The notes under the pieces: generated by a model
Database searches by the model: none
What the model saw: only the letters and a program-made list of their open reading frames with translations
Told to the model about the DNA's origin: nothing
From: Octopus bimaculoides
Taxonomy: Eukaryota
Assembly: GCF_001194135.2 (NCBI RefSeq)
Contig: NC_068989.1
Coordinates: 76,278,552-76,333,440, forward strand
Length of the DNA: 54,889 bases
Direction of reading: 5' to 3'
Shown here: positions 1-13,034 of the stretch, piece after piece
Position numbering within the stretch: the stretch's first letter is position 1
Layout of the letters: each line of letters begins with the position of its first letter
Made by a program: the position numbers and the translations under genes

Positions 1-257
1 TATATATATATATATATATATATATATGACGCGCTTCTTTCAGTTTCCGTCTACCAAATTCACTCACAAGCCTTGCTCGGCCCGAAATTATAGTAAAAGA
101 AGCCACGAGAAATGGATCACCTCGGAGATGAACGAGAAAAATAAATATCGATATCTCGGTGTTATTTCAACTCATCTGTTCAGAATACTCGATTCGCACT
201 TGAGACGAATTCAAATAGCTAGCTTGAAATATATACAAATAACTTAGAATCTGTTTA

Positions 258-473
258 CGATGGGGCGCTGAAAGTTCCTGACTTTGGATAAAAGGAAATA
301 CAGGAGGATCAGTTAATTAAGATTTTATTCAATATATCCCTCTCTCAGATTTACACACTTATTGCAGCGGCCCCTCAGTTTTTCTAGACCCTCTAAATGA
401 ACTCGGAAGGTTGGGCCTTCGACCACGTCTTTTGTGATACTCTTAAAGTCAGAAACGTTTCGGCACACCCTCG
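258..473. mobile_element. Mariner-type MITE
   Basis: Imperfect TIRs CGATGGGGCGCTGAAAGTTCCTGACTTT / AAAGTCAGAAACGTTTCGGCACACCCTCG, flanked by TA at 256-257 and 474-475. Confidence 0.65.
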
Positions 474-1116
474 TACTGATGCGTAACAACAACGCACAAA
501 ATATAAATTTTCATTTAAAAGCAATTTTATACTATCAACATTATCAATTTCACATACATAATGTCACATACACACAAAACATGCAACATACCTGTCAAAT
601 ATCATTTGGGCATTGAAAGAAAGCAGAATAAGCAACCCTCAGATAGAACGGGAAATTATTTTTAAAGCCAAAACATACAGAGTACGGGGTGTCAAAATGT
701 GAATTATGTATTACTGAGAAATTAAACATTATACAATCAACAGATAACATTCTAAGCATACACAAGCAATATTTTACACTCAAATATTTCAAAGAAGAGC
801 GACTATCTGTGACAGTAACCCCACCAGGATAGCCCCTCTCTTAAACGTTAGATCTGAACACACAAACTCCATACACAGACGAAATATGCCCCAATGACGA
901 ACTACCTCAGCACACAAGTATAAGAACACCATGCCCAGAATAAAAACAAAGTAATGCAAACTAATTGACCATACAAGAATTTGCCCAAAGACAAATGGAA
1001 GGGACACAAACATCCAAAAGTTGCCAACGAAGATTAGGGTACCTTGATTCATTGAATCATTGTTTTATTCACATGAATTCACGAGAATCTCCGCAAACAC
1101 CTTTCTCCAAGTGATC

Positions 1117-1183
1117 GGCTTGAAAAATTGTTAAGACACTATTATACTTTCCTCTTTTTCTTAACATGAAACCAATGGTAGCT
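1117..1183 (+). ncRNA. Decayed type I hammerhead ribozyme relic
   Basis: ggc-TTGAAAA-(at)tgttaaga...tcttaaca(t)-GAAA-ccaatgg-TA-gct. 8-bp helix II, near-palindromic helix III, GUA site; two core substitutions. Confidence 0.45.
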
Positions 1184-4100
1184 TCAATTCACAAATAAAG
1201 AAATTATATCCCTCCATGCGGTGTTGAGCACACATTTTCATCGTTCGACATTTACTCATATATATATATATATATATATANNNNNNNNNNNNNNNNNNNN
1301 NNNNNNNNNNNNNNNNNNNNNNNNNNNNNNNNNNNNNNNNNNNNNNNNNNNNNNNNNNNNNNNNNNNNNNNNNNNNNNNNNNNNNNNNNNNNNNNNNNNN
1401 NNNNNNNNNNNNNNNNNNNNNNNNNNNNNNNNNNNNNNNNNNNNNNNNNNNNNNNNNNNNNNNNNNNNNNNNNNNNNNNNNNNNNNNNNNNNNNNNNNNN
1501 NNNATATAATATATACTTGAGTTTGTGTGATTGCGCATATAAGAATATATTAATCCATGAAATTAATCAATGAAACCTAGTCTAATTTTTATGATAATAG
1601 AATATTATGCCTTTATTTTGATTCAAAAAACTAGGACTTCCATGCGTTATGCAATCTTCAGGTTTATGTAATAGTAGAGGCAGTTGTGTTCCACAATTGA
1701 CAATTCACACACACACACATACGCACATGCATTGTGTTCTGTAGTTCCACTTGAGGATGAGAAGCGCTAGAATATAAATGTTTGCTTCCAGTAATTTTCC
1801 CAATTTAAATTAGGATGTTCATTTGTAGCACAAGCAATCTCAGATTTGAAGTGCGGCGCTCCGCTTTCGGTCTCACTCGAGCCTTGTAGAAAACTAAGTC
1901 TAAATATGTAAGGAGCAGTCTCTAGGGTCCAGTGTTTCCGTATCGGGAGAAGCCAGCAGAAAGCGTTAGTGATTGCGAGACATAACATTTGTTACGACGT
2001 TGATGGTTTTTGGTGCGCGTTGATGATGAATTTAGGTTGTCGAATGAAAGTCTGCAGGCTTAATTCGCCAACAAGTTCGAATCTCTTTTAAGATATGATC
2101 TCCACAGTAGTTTACAATAGATAATTTAGCATATACACACCATGATATGGCAATGCTTTTATGTAAAACATAGAAAAGATAGTCTGCAGTAAGAAATAGC
2201 ACTTTGGTCACGATCATTCTTTTATAGTCTGGTCAAGAAATAACTTTACCAATCAGACACTAAAATGTACTGGATTTAATTGAATCCACTCACTTCTTTT
2301 TAATTGAGAAAGATACTTTATTGGTGTATATTTTGCATCAACGTGGTTTCTTATCCGATTCCACTGTAGGACACCTTGGACATGTGACTGCTATCAAGGC
2401 GTTAAAAACAAAATTCAGTAAGCAGAAAATATGCAGAATCCTTCAAAATGACCGCTTCAATTTTGGGAAGGTAATATTAACCTGTTTCTTTGTTTAACAG
2501 CACTACCTGCCTCTTGCATGTATTTAGCGTAGTACACTCGGTGATTGCAAATATTCAGGTGGGGTTTCTTTTCTGGGGACAACTTTTACATTCTTCCCGC
2601 CAATCATAAAGGTTCTAGGGAATTACATAGGGCGTTCCTAAATGCAATTAGATGCACAGTGCAACTGCATGGAGGATTTTGCAACATACATATATAACAA
2701 TTGAAGAACTTCTGAGCCAATATCTGATACTAATTAATGGCAGGAAGAATAGTACTACATTAGTTGAGTGTTTAAATATTTTGGGAAGAATAGTTTAACA
2801 AAGTAGCTATTTACAATCGACACACTAATTTTTAAAACATTTTTACGTTTGGTAAGATTTAAAATCGTTGTTTCGAATCATTCTTTTCTACTTTTTGTGA
2901 ATATTATTTTGAGAAAAAAAAAAAAAAAACAATGTGAAAACTGATATATGCAATGATAATCTTTTTTTTTTAAGCAGTATGAAATAAATAAATACTAACG
3001 AGAAAGCTGTTTGCTTTTGGACTGTTGTACATTGGTAAGTTTGTAAAAAACGAAAGTGAACACTTTAAGCAATCAGAGTGAACGGTACTTAACCTTTTCC
3101 CCTAGTGATAGCTACCACTTATTTCTTCGTAGTTGACAGTTTTAATTTTAGCTCGTATTCAACCAGTAAAAAATATTTGTGGTTTCAAATCATAGTATCA
3201 TTCTATTTTGGAAGTGTTCATTGATTCACATGGATGGAAAAAAAAACAACTGAATTTCAAGAGTTGATGTACCTTTGTACTAACATACTATCTCCGAAAA
3301 TATTGTCCTCATGTAGTTTATTGTAGATAATTAGTTCTGGCGATTTGATCCCCCTTTAAGCTAACTATTATGGCTAGAAATCATAGGGATATAAACGAAG
3401 GGAAATAAAGTAAGTCAATGAAGAATCGAAATTGTGTCCCAGATTCGGCTGGTGAAGAGTATGCAATTACTATATAACAACTTAACCAGAAGTTTACAAC
3501 CGTTGTACCTCGACACAACTATTAGCCGTGTATAGCCCGCAGATGTAAACATAGATTTGGAGGCGAATCGGAAAATTTTAGGATATTCAGAAAACTGCAT
3601 ACGATATTATTCAGCGTGCCATGATTTGAAAAAACTTTGGGCTGGACGATAAAATGAACACCAGGGAAAATTTGCAGTCTTGGAGAAAAGACATTGTCTT
3701 ACGCCCAGCATTTATTTATCTATTCATTTATCTATTCAATAGCAAAGCTATTGATAATATAAACCATTGCCAATTTACATTTCCGAAACCAACAAATGTG
3801 GATATTCTTTAACAATGCAGTTTTATTATAATACGGTTTATACTAAAGCAGTCCCCACTATTCTTGCATCAAATAAAATAATTTAATTTGATTAGCGAGG
3901 AAGTTTCACCTAGCGAGAGGCCATTTTAGTAAAATTGATAGTACATCTGTTTGGGTTTCGAAACAGGCAAGCAACTTTCTGCGCCTTTTCCATCCAAAGT
4001 TTTCACTCAATATACTATAAGTTATTTATAGCTAAATTCGCTTCAAGACACATCTTAAATAAAGACGTCCTTTCATATTTCTCGTATACTTTAACTTTAG

Positions 4101-4340
4101 TATTCTTAATACAATGTAATTTGATTTTGATTTGTTTAATATTTCTTTCTAATGCAAGAAACTCATAACTATTTTCAAATCATCAATATAAGCAAACAAC
4201 GAGATGTTGTTGCCTTGTTTTAATTTCCATCTAGTTATGATTTATATGCAAATGAAATTTTAAAATAGTAAGGATCATTAATTAGATGTAATTAGATGCA
4301 AATATTTTCAAAAGAGAATGAGCATAGTTGAATACCTCCC

Positions 4341-4597
4341 CCCAGCAATTTCGTGGGAAGGTGTTAGTCGATTGGATCGACCCAAATACTCAACTGGCAC
4401 TTATTTTACCGACCCCGAAAGGATGAAAAGCAAAGTCGATCCCGGCGGAATTTAGTGTCTTGAAAGTTTTGATTCCAAATTTTGGCACGAGTCCAGCAAT
4501 TTCCACCTCGTTGGAATTTAAACTTAGAATGTATAGACAAACGAAAGGCCGATAAGCATTTTGTCTGGCATGCTCACGATTCTGCCAGCTCACAGCC
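4341..4597 (-). mobile_element. tRNA-derived SINE (family B here), internally rearranged
   Basis: The reverse complement has the GAGCTGGCAGAATCG head, the CTTTCATCCTTTCGGGGTCG body and the AAATTGCTGG..GTGCCAAAATTTG tail, but in head-tail-body order. Confidence 0.75.
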
Positions 4598-5145
4598 TTT
4601 AGTGTCTTAGAAATATTGACATGAGTATCAACGAGGAAGGATTTTGCAAAGCTCATGATACATAGTGACACTTAATAGTGGTTATAGCAAATTGTGCGGT
4701 AGTGTAGCATTTGTTGTATAAGGCACAAAGGGTCTAGTATGCAAGAAAAGGAAGCAGTCACATGTCCGTGTTGGTCAGCACGCATAATTTCCTGTGATGG
4801 ATGGGTCCTTTCTTCGATAAATATCTCCGTTCGGAATACCCTGAGTAGGATAAGTTTATTTTTAACTCCTTTATGGATTCCCTAGTATTTACAAGAGAAT
4901 AGCTGAAAATTGATGATTCATCCTTATGTTCAAAATTATAAATAAATTTTTCCCGGTTGAATAAGATATTAAGCATTACATATGCAAGTAACAAAATATA
5001 GAGATTATGCTAGACAACTATTTTGAAATAACAAATGGCTCTCACACTAAACTAGTATTTGCAGATTATTGTCTTAATGATAACATCATTTTTGTTTTCT
5101 TGAATGAGCTGCAAATGTGAATCGTAAAATAATAGCAAATCTAAC

Positions 5146-6254
5146 GTCGCGGCAGCACACTGTGTGATTAATGAATGGCGGCTGCACACTGTGTGATTAA
5201 TGAGTGGCGGCTGTACACCGTGTAATTAATGAGTGGCGGCTGCACATTGTGTAATTAATGAGTGGCGGCTGCACACTGTGTAATTAATGAGTGGCGGCTG
5301 CACACTGTGTAATTAATGAGTGGCGGCTGTACTACACTGTGTAATTAATGAGTGGCGGCTGCACACTGTGTAATTAATGAGTGCNNNNNNNNNNNNNNNN
5401 NNNNNNNNNNNNNNNNNNNNNNNNNNNNNNNNNNNNNNNNNNNNNNNNNNNNNNNNNNNNNNNNNNNNNNNNNNNNNNNNNNNNNNNNNNNNNNNNNNNN
5501 NNNNNNNNNNNNNNNNNNNNNNNNNNNNNNNNNNNNNNNNNNNNNNNNNNNNNNNNNNNNNNNNNNNNNNNNNNNNNNNNNNNNNNNNNNNNNNNNNNNN
5601 NNNNNNNNNNNNNNNNNNNNNNNNNNNNNNNNNNNNNNNNNNNNNNNNNNNNNNNNNNNNNNNNNNNNNNNNNNNNNNNNNNNNNNNNNNNNNNNNNNNN
5701 NNNNNNNNNNNNNNNNNNNNNNNNNNNNNNNNNNNNNNNNNNNNNNNNNNNNNNNNNNNNNNNNNNNNNNNNNNNNNNNNNNNNNNNNNNNNNNNNNNNN
5801 NNNNNNNNNNNNNNNNNNNNNNNNNNNNNNNNNNNNNNNNNNNNNNNNNNNNNNNNNNNNNNNNNNNNNNNNNNNNNNNNNNNNNNNNNNNNNNNNNNNN
5901 NNNNNNNNNNNNNNNNNNNNNNNNNNNNNNNNNNNNNNNNNNNNNNNNNNNNNNNNNNNNNNNNNNNNNNNNNNNNNNNNNNNNNNNNNNNNNNNNNNNN
6001 NNNNNNNNNNNNNNNNNNNNNNNNNNNNNNNNNNNNNNNNNNNNNNNNNNNNNNNNNNNNNNNNNNNNNNNNNNNNNNNNNNNNNNNNNNNNNNNNNNNN
6101 NNNNNNNNNNNNNNNNNNNNNNNNNNNNNNNNCGGCTGTACTACACTGTGTAATTAATGAGTGGCGGCTGCACACTGTGTAATTAATGAGTGGCGGCTGT
6201 ACTACACTGTGTAATTAATGAGTGGCGGCTGCACACTGTGTAATTAATGAGTGC
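5146..6254. repeat. 29-bp minisatellite (31-bp variant) spanning an N gap
   Basis: Unit GTGGCGGCTGCACACTGTGTAATTAATGA repeated on both sides of the gap at 5385-6132. Confidence 0.95.
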
Positions 6255-8956
6255 TTCATGAGATTTCATTGGTAGGTTCATGTTAATTCTTTCTTGGTTG
6301 AATTCTAGTGAATTGGACATCTTATTAAGTTACCATTTCTAAGATAGACTGAATGAAGACATAATCTTCAGTAATGATATTAAAACCGCTAAACACGTTG
6401 TACAATGGATATATGCGCACGTTCATAAATGCAGATATAGACACAACGAAACACACATCCACACATCCACACATCCACACGCATACACACATACATATAT
6501 TATTAATGGATGTTACCAATCAACTTGTAAACTCACAGAAAGTTTTATTGATGTTGGGACTCTAAAGAGTGACATTTAACGATAATATTGATCTGAGGTG
6601 GGGGCGGTGGCCTTAGGTCTCACCTTTAATAGCTCATCCAACCATATATGTTTATATATATATATATATATATATATATNNNNNNNNNNNNNNNNNNNNN
6701 NNNNNNNNNNNNNNNNNNNNNNNNNNNNNNNNNNNNNNNNNNNNNNNNNNNNNNNNNNNNNNNNNNNNNNNNNNNNNNNNNNNNNNNNNNNNNNNNNNNN
6801 NNNNNNNNNNNNNNNNNNNNNNNNNNNNNNNNNNNNNNNNNNNNNNNNNNNNNNNNNNNNNNNNNNNNNNNNNNNNNNNNNNNNNNNNNNNNNNNNNNNN
6901 NNNNNNNNNNNNNNNNNNNNNNNNNNNNNNNNNNNNNNNNNNNNNNNNNNNNNNNNNNNNNNNNNNNNNNNNNNNNNNNNNNNNNNNNNNNNNNNNNNNN
7001 NNNNNNNNNNNNNNNNNNNNNNNNNNNNNNNNNNNNNNNNNNNNNNNNNNNNNNNNNNNNNNNNNNNNNNNNNNNNNNNNNNNNNNNNNNNNNNNNNNNN
7101 NNNNNNNNNNNNNNNNNNNNNNNNNNNNNNNNNNNNNNNNNNNNNNNNTATATATATATATATATATATATGTGCGCGTGCGTGTGTGTGTGTGTGTTCA
7201 AGTACAAATTATACTATATGTAATAATTTTAGAATTAAAATAGCAACGACCAACAAACGGAGAACAATGCAGAGGCACATGGTGTTATGGACATAATGAC
7301 ACAAACACACCTTAACACACTTGCGAATATATTTATAACTAACTAAACACATGTACCCACAGATTCCACTTATATTTCTTAGACATACACACTCAGAAAT
7401 ACACACTATAACAACAAAAAAGTAAAAAAGAGAAAATAAATGAAATGAACAAAGTACAAATATAAAAGAGAAATGAAACACTTAGCAAAAGAATGAAATA
7501 CTTGTAAAAATCACGGATGTCGGGGCGCCCTACTTCCGGCCACGATATTAGCACTAACAAAACCACCAGTATTAACCTGTTCTGCATATCACAGATGCCT
7601 TTGACTACAACAACGTGTCTAAAAAAGCAAAGCGAAATCGTAAATTTAAACGAAGATTAAAACACTGTAATCCTTTTAGACAGAATCAGCTGTATCTATA
7701 TACATTCTTTTCACACAAAGAATACTACAGATGACGCAAAACCAATGTATCAGGCTCTTCACACTTTTTGGATATTTTTACTGTATTTTTCTGAATTCTT
7801 CACATGCTAGTAAGTACTACTAATTAGAAATCAAATATTTTCCTGCGTTGTCTATATCGATTGTTAGAAATTAACGAAAGACATTCGAGTTCACTCTGTG
7901 TTCGTGCGAGTTTAACTTGCAAACGTTTGTTAATGATTTTGAATGGAATCTCACAATGTTTTTGTCTTTTATTATGTTTTATCTTCAGAGCATGTTAGTA
8001 ATGTTTCATATTCTAAGTAATGATGCACTATTAACAGTTACATCCTTGCTCGGCAATGCTTGAGAGTTAATTCTTTAGACTTTATTTCATTCAGCGTATA
8101 TATAATGCTTCTTTGTCGGAAGAAATACACATGCGCGCTCGTATGTACACATGGACTAACGTATATTCAGTTCTCTCACCCGTTCTCTGTCTCTCTCGTT
8201 CTTTCTCTATGTATGTGTGTAATTGTGTGTATGCATGTGAATATATGGCTATACATACATACATACATACATACACATCGATCGAGCGATCCATCCATCC
8301 ATCTATCCATCCATCCATCCATTCATCCCTACATATATATATGTATATATATGCATACATGCTTTGTATATCTATATCTATGAGTGCATATATATATATA
8401 TATATATATATANNNNNNNNNNNNNNNNNNNNNNNNNNNNNNNNNNNNNNNNNNNNNNNNNNNNNNNNNNNNNNNNNNNNNNNNNNNNNNNNNNNNNNNN
8501 NNNNNNNNNNNNNNNNNNNNNNNNNNNNNNNNNNNNNNNNNNNNNNNNNNNNNNNNNNNNNNNNNNNNNNNNNNNNNNNNNNNNNNNNNNNNNNNNNNNN
8601 NNNNNNNNNNNNNNNNNNNNNNNNNNNNNNNNNNNNNNNNNNNNNNNNNNNNNNNNNNNNNNNNNNNNNNNNNNNNNNNNNNNNNNNNNNNNNNNNNNNN
8701 NNNNNNNNNNNNNNNNNNNNNNNNNNNNNNNNNNNNNNNNNNNNNNNNNNNNNNNNNNNNNNNNNNNNNNNNNNNNNNNNNNNNNNNNNNNNNNNNNNNN
8801 NNNNNNNNNNNNNNNNNNNNNNNNNNNNNNNNNNNNNNNNNNNNNNNNNNNNNNNNNNNNNNNNNNNNNNNNNNNNNNNNNNNNNNNNNNNNNNNNNNNN
8901 NNNNNNNNNNNNNNNNNNNNNNNNNNNNNNNNNNNNNNNNNNNNNNNNNNNNNNNN

Positions 8957-8996
<40 letters not shown>

Positions 8997-9139
8997 GTAT
9001 ACGCACGCACTCTCACGCACACACACACACACACTCACACACACTCACACACACACTCACACACACACATATACTAGGATAGATAGACCAGATACCTGTC
9101 CTTGCTCGGAATTAAAGTGGCATAGTTTTTTTCATTGTT

Positions 9140-9445
9140 TTACTTGTTTCAGTCATGTGACTGTTGCAATACTGCTGCACCGCCGTTGATCTAATAACTT
9201 GACCACCGGATTTGTTCTTTGTAAGCCTTGGACTTATTCTATGAGAGTCTTTTGCCGAACTGCTATGTTATTGGAACATAAACACAGTAACATCGGTTGT
9301 CAAGCATTGCTGGGGGTACAAACATACAGAGACATACACACACATACACACATACACACAAATATATACATATATGCGACAGTCGTCTTTCACTTCCCGT
9401 GTACTAAATCCACTCACAAGGGTTTGGTCGGCCCGAGGCTATAAT
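9140..9445. mobile_element. Dispersed SINE-like repeat (family A); other copies near 26-110, 28735-29055, 36400-36620
   Basis: Shared blocks GACTTATTCT, ACATCGGTTGTCAAG, a CA/TA microsatellite, and AAATCCACTCACAAGG..TTGGTCGGCCCGAGGCTATA. Confidence 0.75.
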
Positions 9446-9462
9446 ATGTATATGTATATATA

Positions 9463-9508
<46 letters not shown>

Positions 9509-10149
9509 NNNNNNNNNNNNNNNNNNNNNNNNNNNNNNNNNNNNNNNNNNNNNNNNNNNNNNNNNNNNNNNNNNNNNNNNNNNNNNNNNNNNNNNNNNNN
9601 NNNNNNNNNNNNNNNNNNNNNNNNNNNNNNNNNNNNNNNNNNNNNNNNNNNNNNNNNNNNNNNNNNNNNNNNNNNNNNNNNNNNNNNNNNNNNNNNNNNN
9701 NNNNNNNNNNNNNNNNNNNNNNNNNNNNNNNNNNNNNNNNNNNNNNNNNNNNNNNNNNNNNNNNNNNNNNNNNNNNNNNNNNNNNNNNNNNNNNNNNNNN
9801 NNNNNNNNNNNNNNNNNNNNNNNNNNNNNNNNNNNNNNNNNNNNNNNNNNNNNNNNNNNNNNNNNNNNNNNNNNNNNNNNNNNNNNNNNNNNNNNNNNNN
9901 NNNNNNNNNNNNNNNNNNNNNNNNNNNNNNNNNNNNNNNNNNNNNNNNNNNNNNNNNNNNNNNNNNNNNNNNNNNNNNNNNNNNNNNNNNNNNNNNNNNN
10001 NNNNNNNNNNNNNNNNNNNNNNNNNNNNNNNNNNNNNNNNNNNNNNNNNNNNNNNNNNNNNNNNNNNNNNNNNNNNNNNNNNNNNNNNNNNNNNNNNNNN
10101 NNNNNNNNNNNNNNNNNNNNNNNNNNNNNNNNNNNNNNNNNNNNNNNNN

Positions 10150-10187
<38 letters not shown>

Positions 10188-10229
10188 CATATATACATAT
10201 ATATGTATATATACTTTACTTCGACTTTT

Positions 10230-12260
10230 TGATAAGTTTCGACCCAGGCCATGTTAAGTTAATAGCCCCACCTGGCAAAGTCATTCAAATAGGAATCCGA
10301 TAACATGGCCCATTCGAGGAGAGAGTCGTTTATGGAGATGTATCCGTGTGTAGGAGTTTTATCTGGGATTTTTTTAAAGAAATTTGTTCATAGAATATGA
10401 TTTATGTTGTGGGTTCCAAGTGCAGATTCTAAGTCTTGTGTGTATCTTAAAGGTGATGCCAACATCATTTGAGCAATGCTGATGGAATATTTTCCACATC
10501 ACACAGATGATGCATCGCTCAGAGAGGCATTTCTGAGAAAAAAGCTTGAGCTTTTCTAGTCGACGCCAATTAACAAAGCCTGTCATATCATCTATTTCTT
10601 TTGTAATTGACCTTTGAGGTGCTTCAATTTTCATGATACTTCGTGTGGGGAGACCACAGTGGACAACAATATTCAAGGTGGGTTTCAGGCAAGAGTAGAG
10701 AAGAGAAGGATAATTGTTTGGATGTCTCTAGACTGGAAAGTTCTGAGAATCCAGGAGTACATTCTGCAGGCCATGTCAACTTTGCTGTTTATATGAGAGG
10801 CCCAGATTATGTGGTGGTCCACAATTACTCCCAAGTCTCTGATGTTGGATACCATGAGAGTTTCACCCGAAGGAAGTGAGTGTGGGAGTTTCAGGGTATC
10901 CTCTTTTCCGAAGTGGATTAATTCAAATTTGTCCTAGTTCAGCAATATTTTATTCTTTTCTGCCCATTAAATAATGGCCAATAGAGCTGACTAAAGGCAT
11001 GCCCAGTATTCCACTTCATTGATGACATTTTGGATCTTGGAATCATCTGCAAAGATTTTTTTTGTTACTGTGCTTGATGGTGTCAGTAATGTCATTGATG
11101 GGGATAATGAAAAAAAGTGGGTCCAACACAATGCCTTGGAATACCACTACTGACTTTGACTGGGCTTGATTTTACTCCTTCGACTACAACGTGTTGGTTT
11201 CTGCCTGTCAGGAAACACTTGATCCTTTGTAGTAATTTTCCAGAGACACCAATGTTGGATTGTTTTTTTCAAGAGGATCTTATGATGCACCCTGTTAAAA
11301 GCTTTGCTGAAATCAAGGTAGATGACATACGTATTCTAGCCCTCTTCCAAAGATCTCAAATGTCATCAAGTTGATGCAGGAGTTGCGCTAGGCAGTTCCT
11401 TCCATTACGGAATTCATGTTGGTTGGGGTTCAGCAGTCTGTTGCTTTCAAGGAATTAGGTTATCCGTGATCTCACCACCTTCTCAAATACTTTGATGATA
11501 TGAAAGGTGAACGAGATCGGCCGGTAGTTCAGTGCTAGGGACTTGTCTCCATTTTTAAAACTGGGACAACAGTATTAAAAAAATCAGAATTTTTTCAGGA
11601 ATATAACCAGAGTCCAGTGAGTTCCTCCACAGATTAGCGAGAGGAGAAACAAGTTTGTGTCGACACATTTTCTGGACACAAGCAGGGAACCTATCAGGGC
11701 CTACTGCTGAATTGTGCTTAATTTCGTTTATTGCCGCTAAGACATCTGGGGCGCCAAAAGCCATGTTCGATATAGTGTGTTGAGGATTAACATGATTGAT
11801 ACAGTCCAGACCGACCATATCAGGATTGCTAACAACCAGAGCAGTACTGTTTCTGCAGTATCTCATTCATGGTTTTGACATTATCTTGGAGATTGTCAAC
11901 AGTGGAGACAGTGACGTATTTTTTCGCAAAAGAGAACACTTTGGAGTTCAGTTTGATTTTCTCAACGGTCCATTTCTCTTCAGGTGTTTTTTAGTTATTG
12001 ATGAAGGTCTTCATGAATTGTTGGTGGTTACATTTTTTTGATTCGAGCAGGTTGATAGCTGTCGAATTTATTTGTGGCTGTTGGTAGTATATTAGTTTGT
12101 AAATTTTTTTGTTTGTTCTTTTTATTTTTCTGATAATCGTTTTTCTGTTTTGGAGAATTCTGCACTTAGTTTTCTTCACAGGTCTTGATGGTGTGTGTTT
12201 AGCACATATGTTTGTGACAGTGTCCACGAAGATCTGGCAAAATATTTTGATGCTGGAGGA
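10230..12260 (-). mobile_element. CR1/L2-group LINE, decayed RT region
   Basis: Minus-strand frames give SAVGPDRFPA, YRPISFT..KVFEKVV, NQHEFRNGRNC, VSSGIP..VGPTFF, KIFADDSKI and IRDLGVIVD, with many stops and frameshifts. Confidence 0.88.
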
Positions 12261-12316
12261 GGTGTGTGTATGTGTGAAAGACCAGTCAGCATATGATATA
12301 TCTATCTATCTATCTA

Positions 12317-12385
<69 letters not shown>

Positions 12386-12841
12386 GTGTGGGGGGGGGAG
12401 TATATGTATATATGTATATATTCTATATATTCTTTTATTTTTTATTTTTTATTCATTTGACTGCAGCCATGCTGGAGCACCATATATATGTATATAGGCA
12501 TATNNNNNNNNNNNNNNNNNNNNNNNNNNNNNNNNNNNNNNNNNNNNNNNNNNNNNNNNNNNNNNNNNNNNNNNNNNNNNNNNNNNNNNNNNNNNNNNNN
12601 NNNNNNNNNNNNNNNNNNNNNNNNNNNNNNNNNNNNNNNNNNNNNNNNNNNNNNNNNNNNNNNNNNNNNNNNNNNNNNNNNNNNNNNNNNNNNNNNNNNN
12701 NNNNNNNNNNNNNNNNNNNNNNNNNNNNNNNNNNNNNNNNNNNNNNNNNNNNNNNNNNNNNNNNNNNNNNNNNNNNNNNNNNNNNNNNNNNNNNNNNNNN
12801 NNNNNNNNNNNNNNNNNNNNNNNNNNNNNNNNNNNNNNNNN

Positions 12842-12881
<40 letters not shown>

Positions 12882-13034
12882 CGTGAGAGAGTTAGGGGTT
12901 GGGGGTTCAACCCACTAAGGGATAGTATCTATCCAGTATACTGCTGGGAGGGTACCCAATTGTTGCTACACAAGTGCTATACTAAGTGCAATCAGTCGGA
13001 GCGGGTAAAAGTGGAGGTTTTACCCCAAATTTGT

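Noticed and set aside
1555-1670. Two opposed, heavily decayed hammerhead-like traces
   Set aside because: Each needs three or more core corrections; not distinguishable from chance without a family consensus.
1900-2460. Possible Ty3/gypsy RNase H relic on the minus strand (WRIKPADF...KTINVVTNVMSR)
   Set aside because: Only loose motif resemblance across several frames, with stops; no RT core or LTRs. Needs an HMM search.
2264-2558. Open plus-strand frames with a GTAATA donor as a possible upstream exon of the LRP-like gene
   Set aside because: No recognisable domain or signal peptide, and the phase does not clearly connect to the phase-1 acceptor at 25013.
3415-3720. GC-richer stretch with a partly open plus frame (PADVNIDLEANRKILG...)
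   Set aside because: Interrupted by stops, with no motif I can assign.
5146-6254. RSS-like heptamer CACAGTG (minus strand) in each repeat unit
   Set aside because: No nonamer at 12/23 spacing and no RAG/Transib sequence nearby; a 7-mer match is uninformative.
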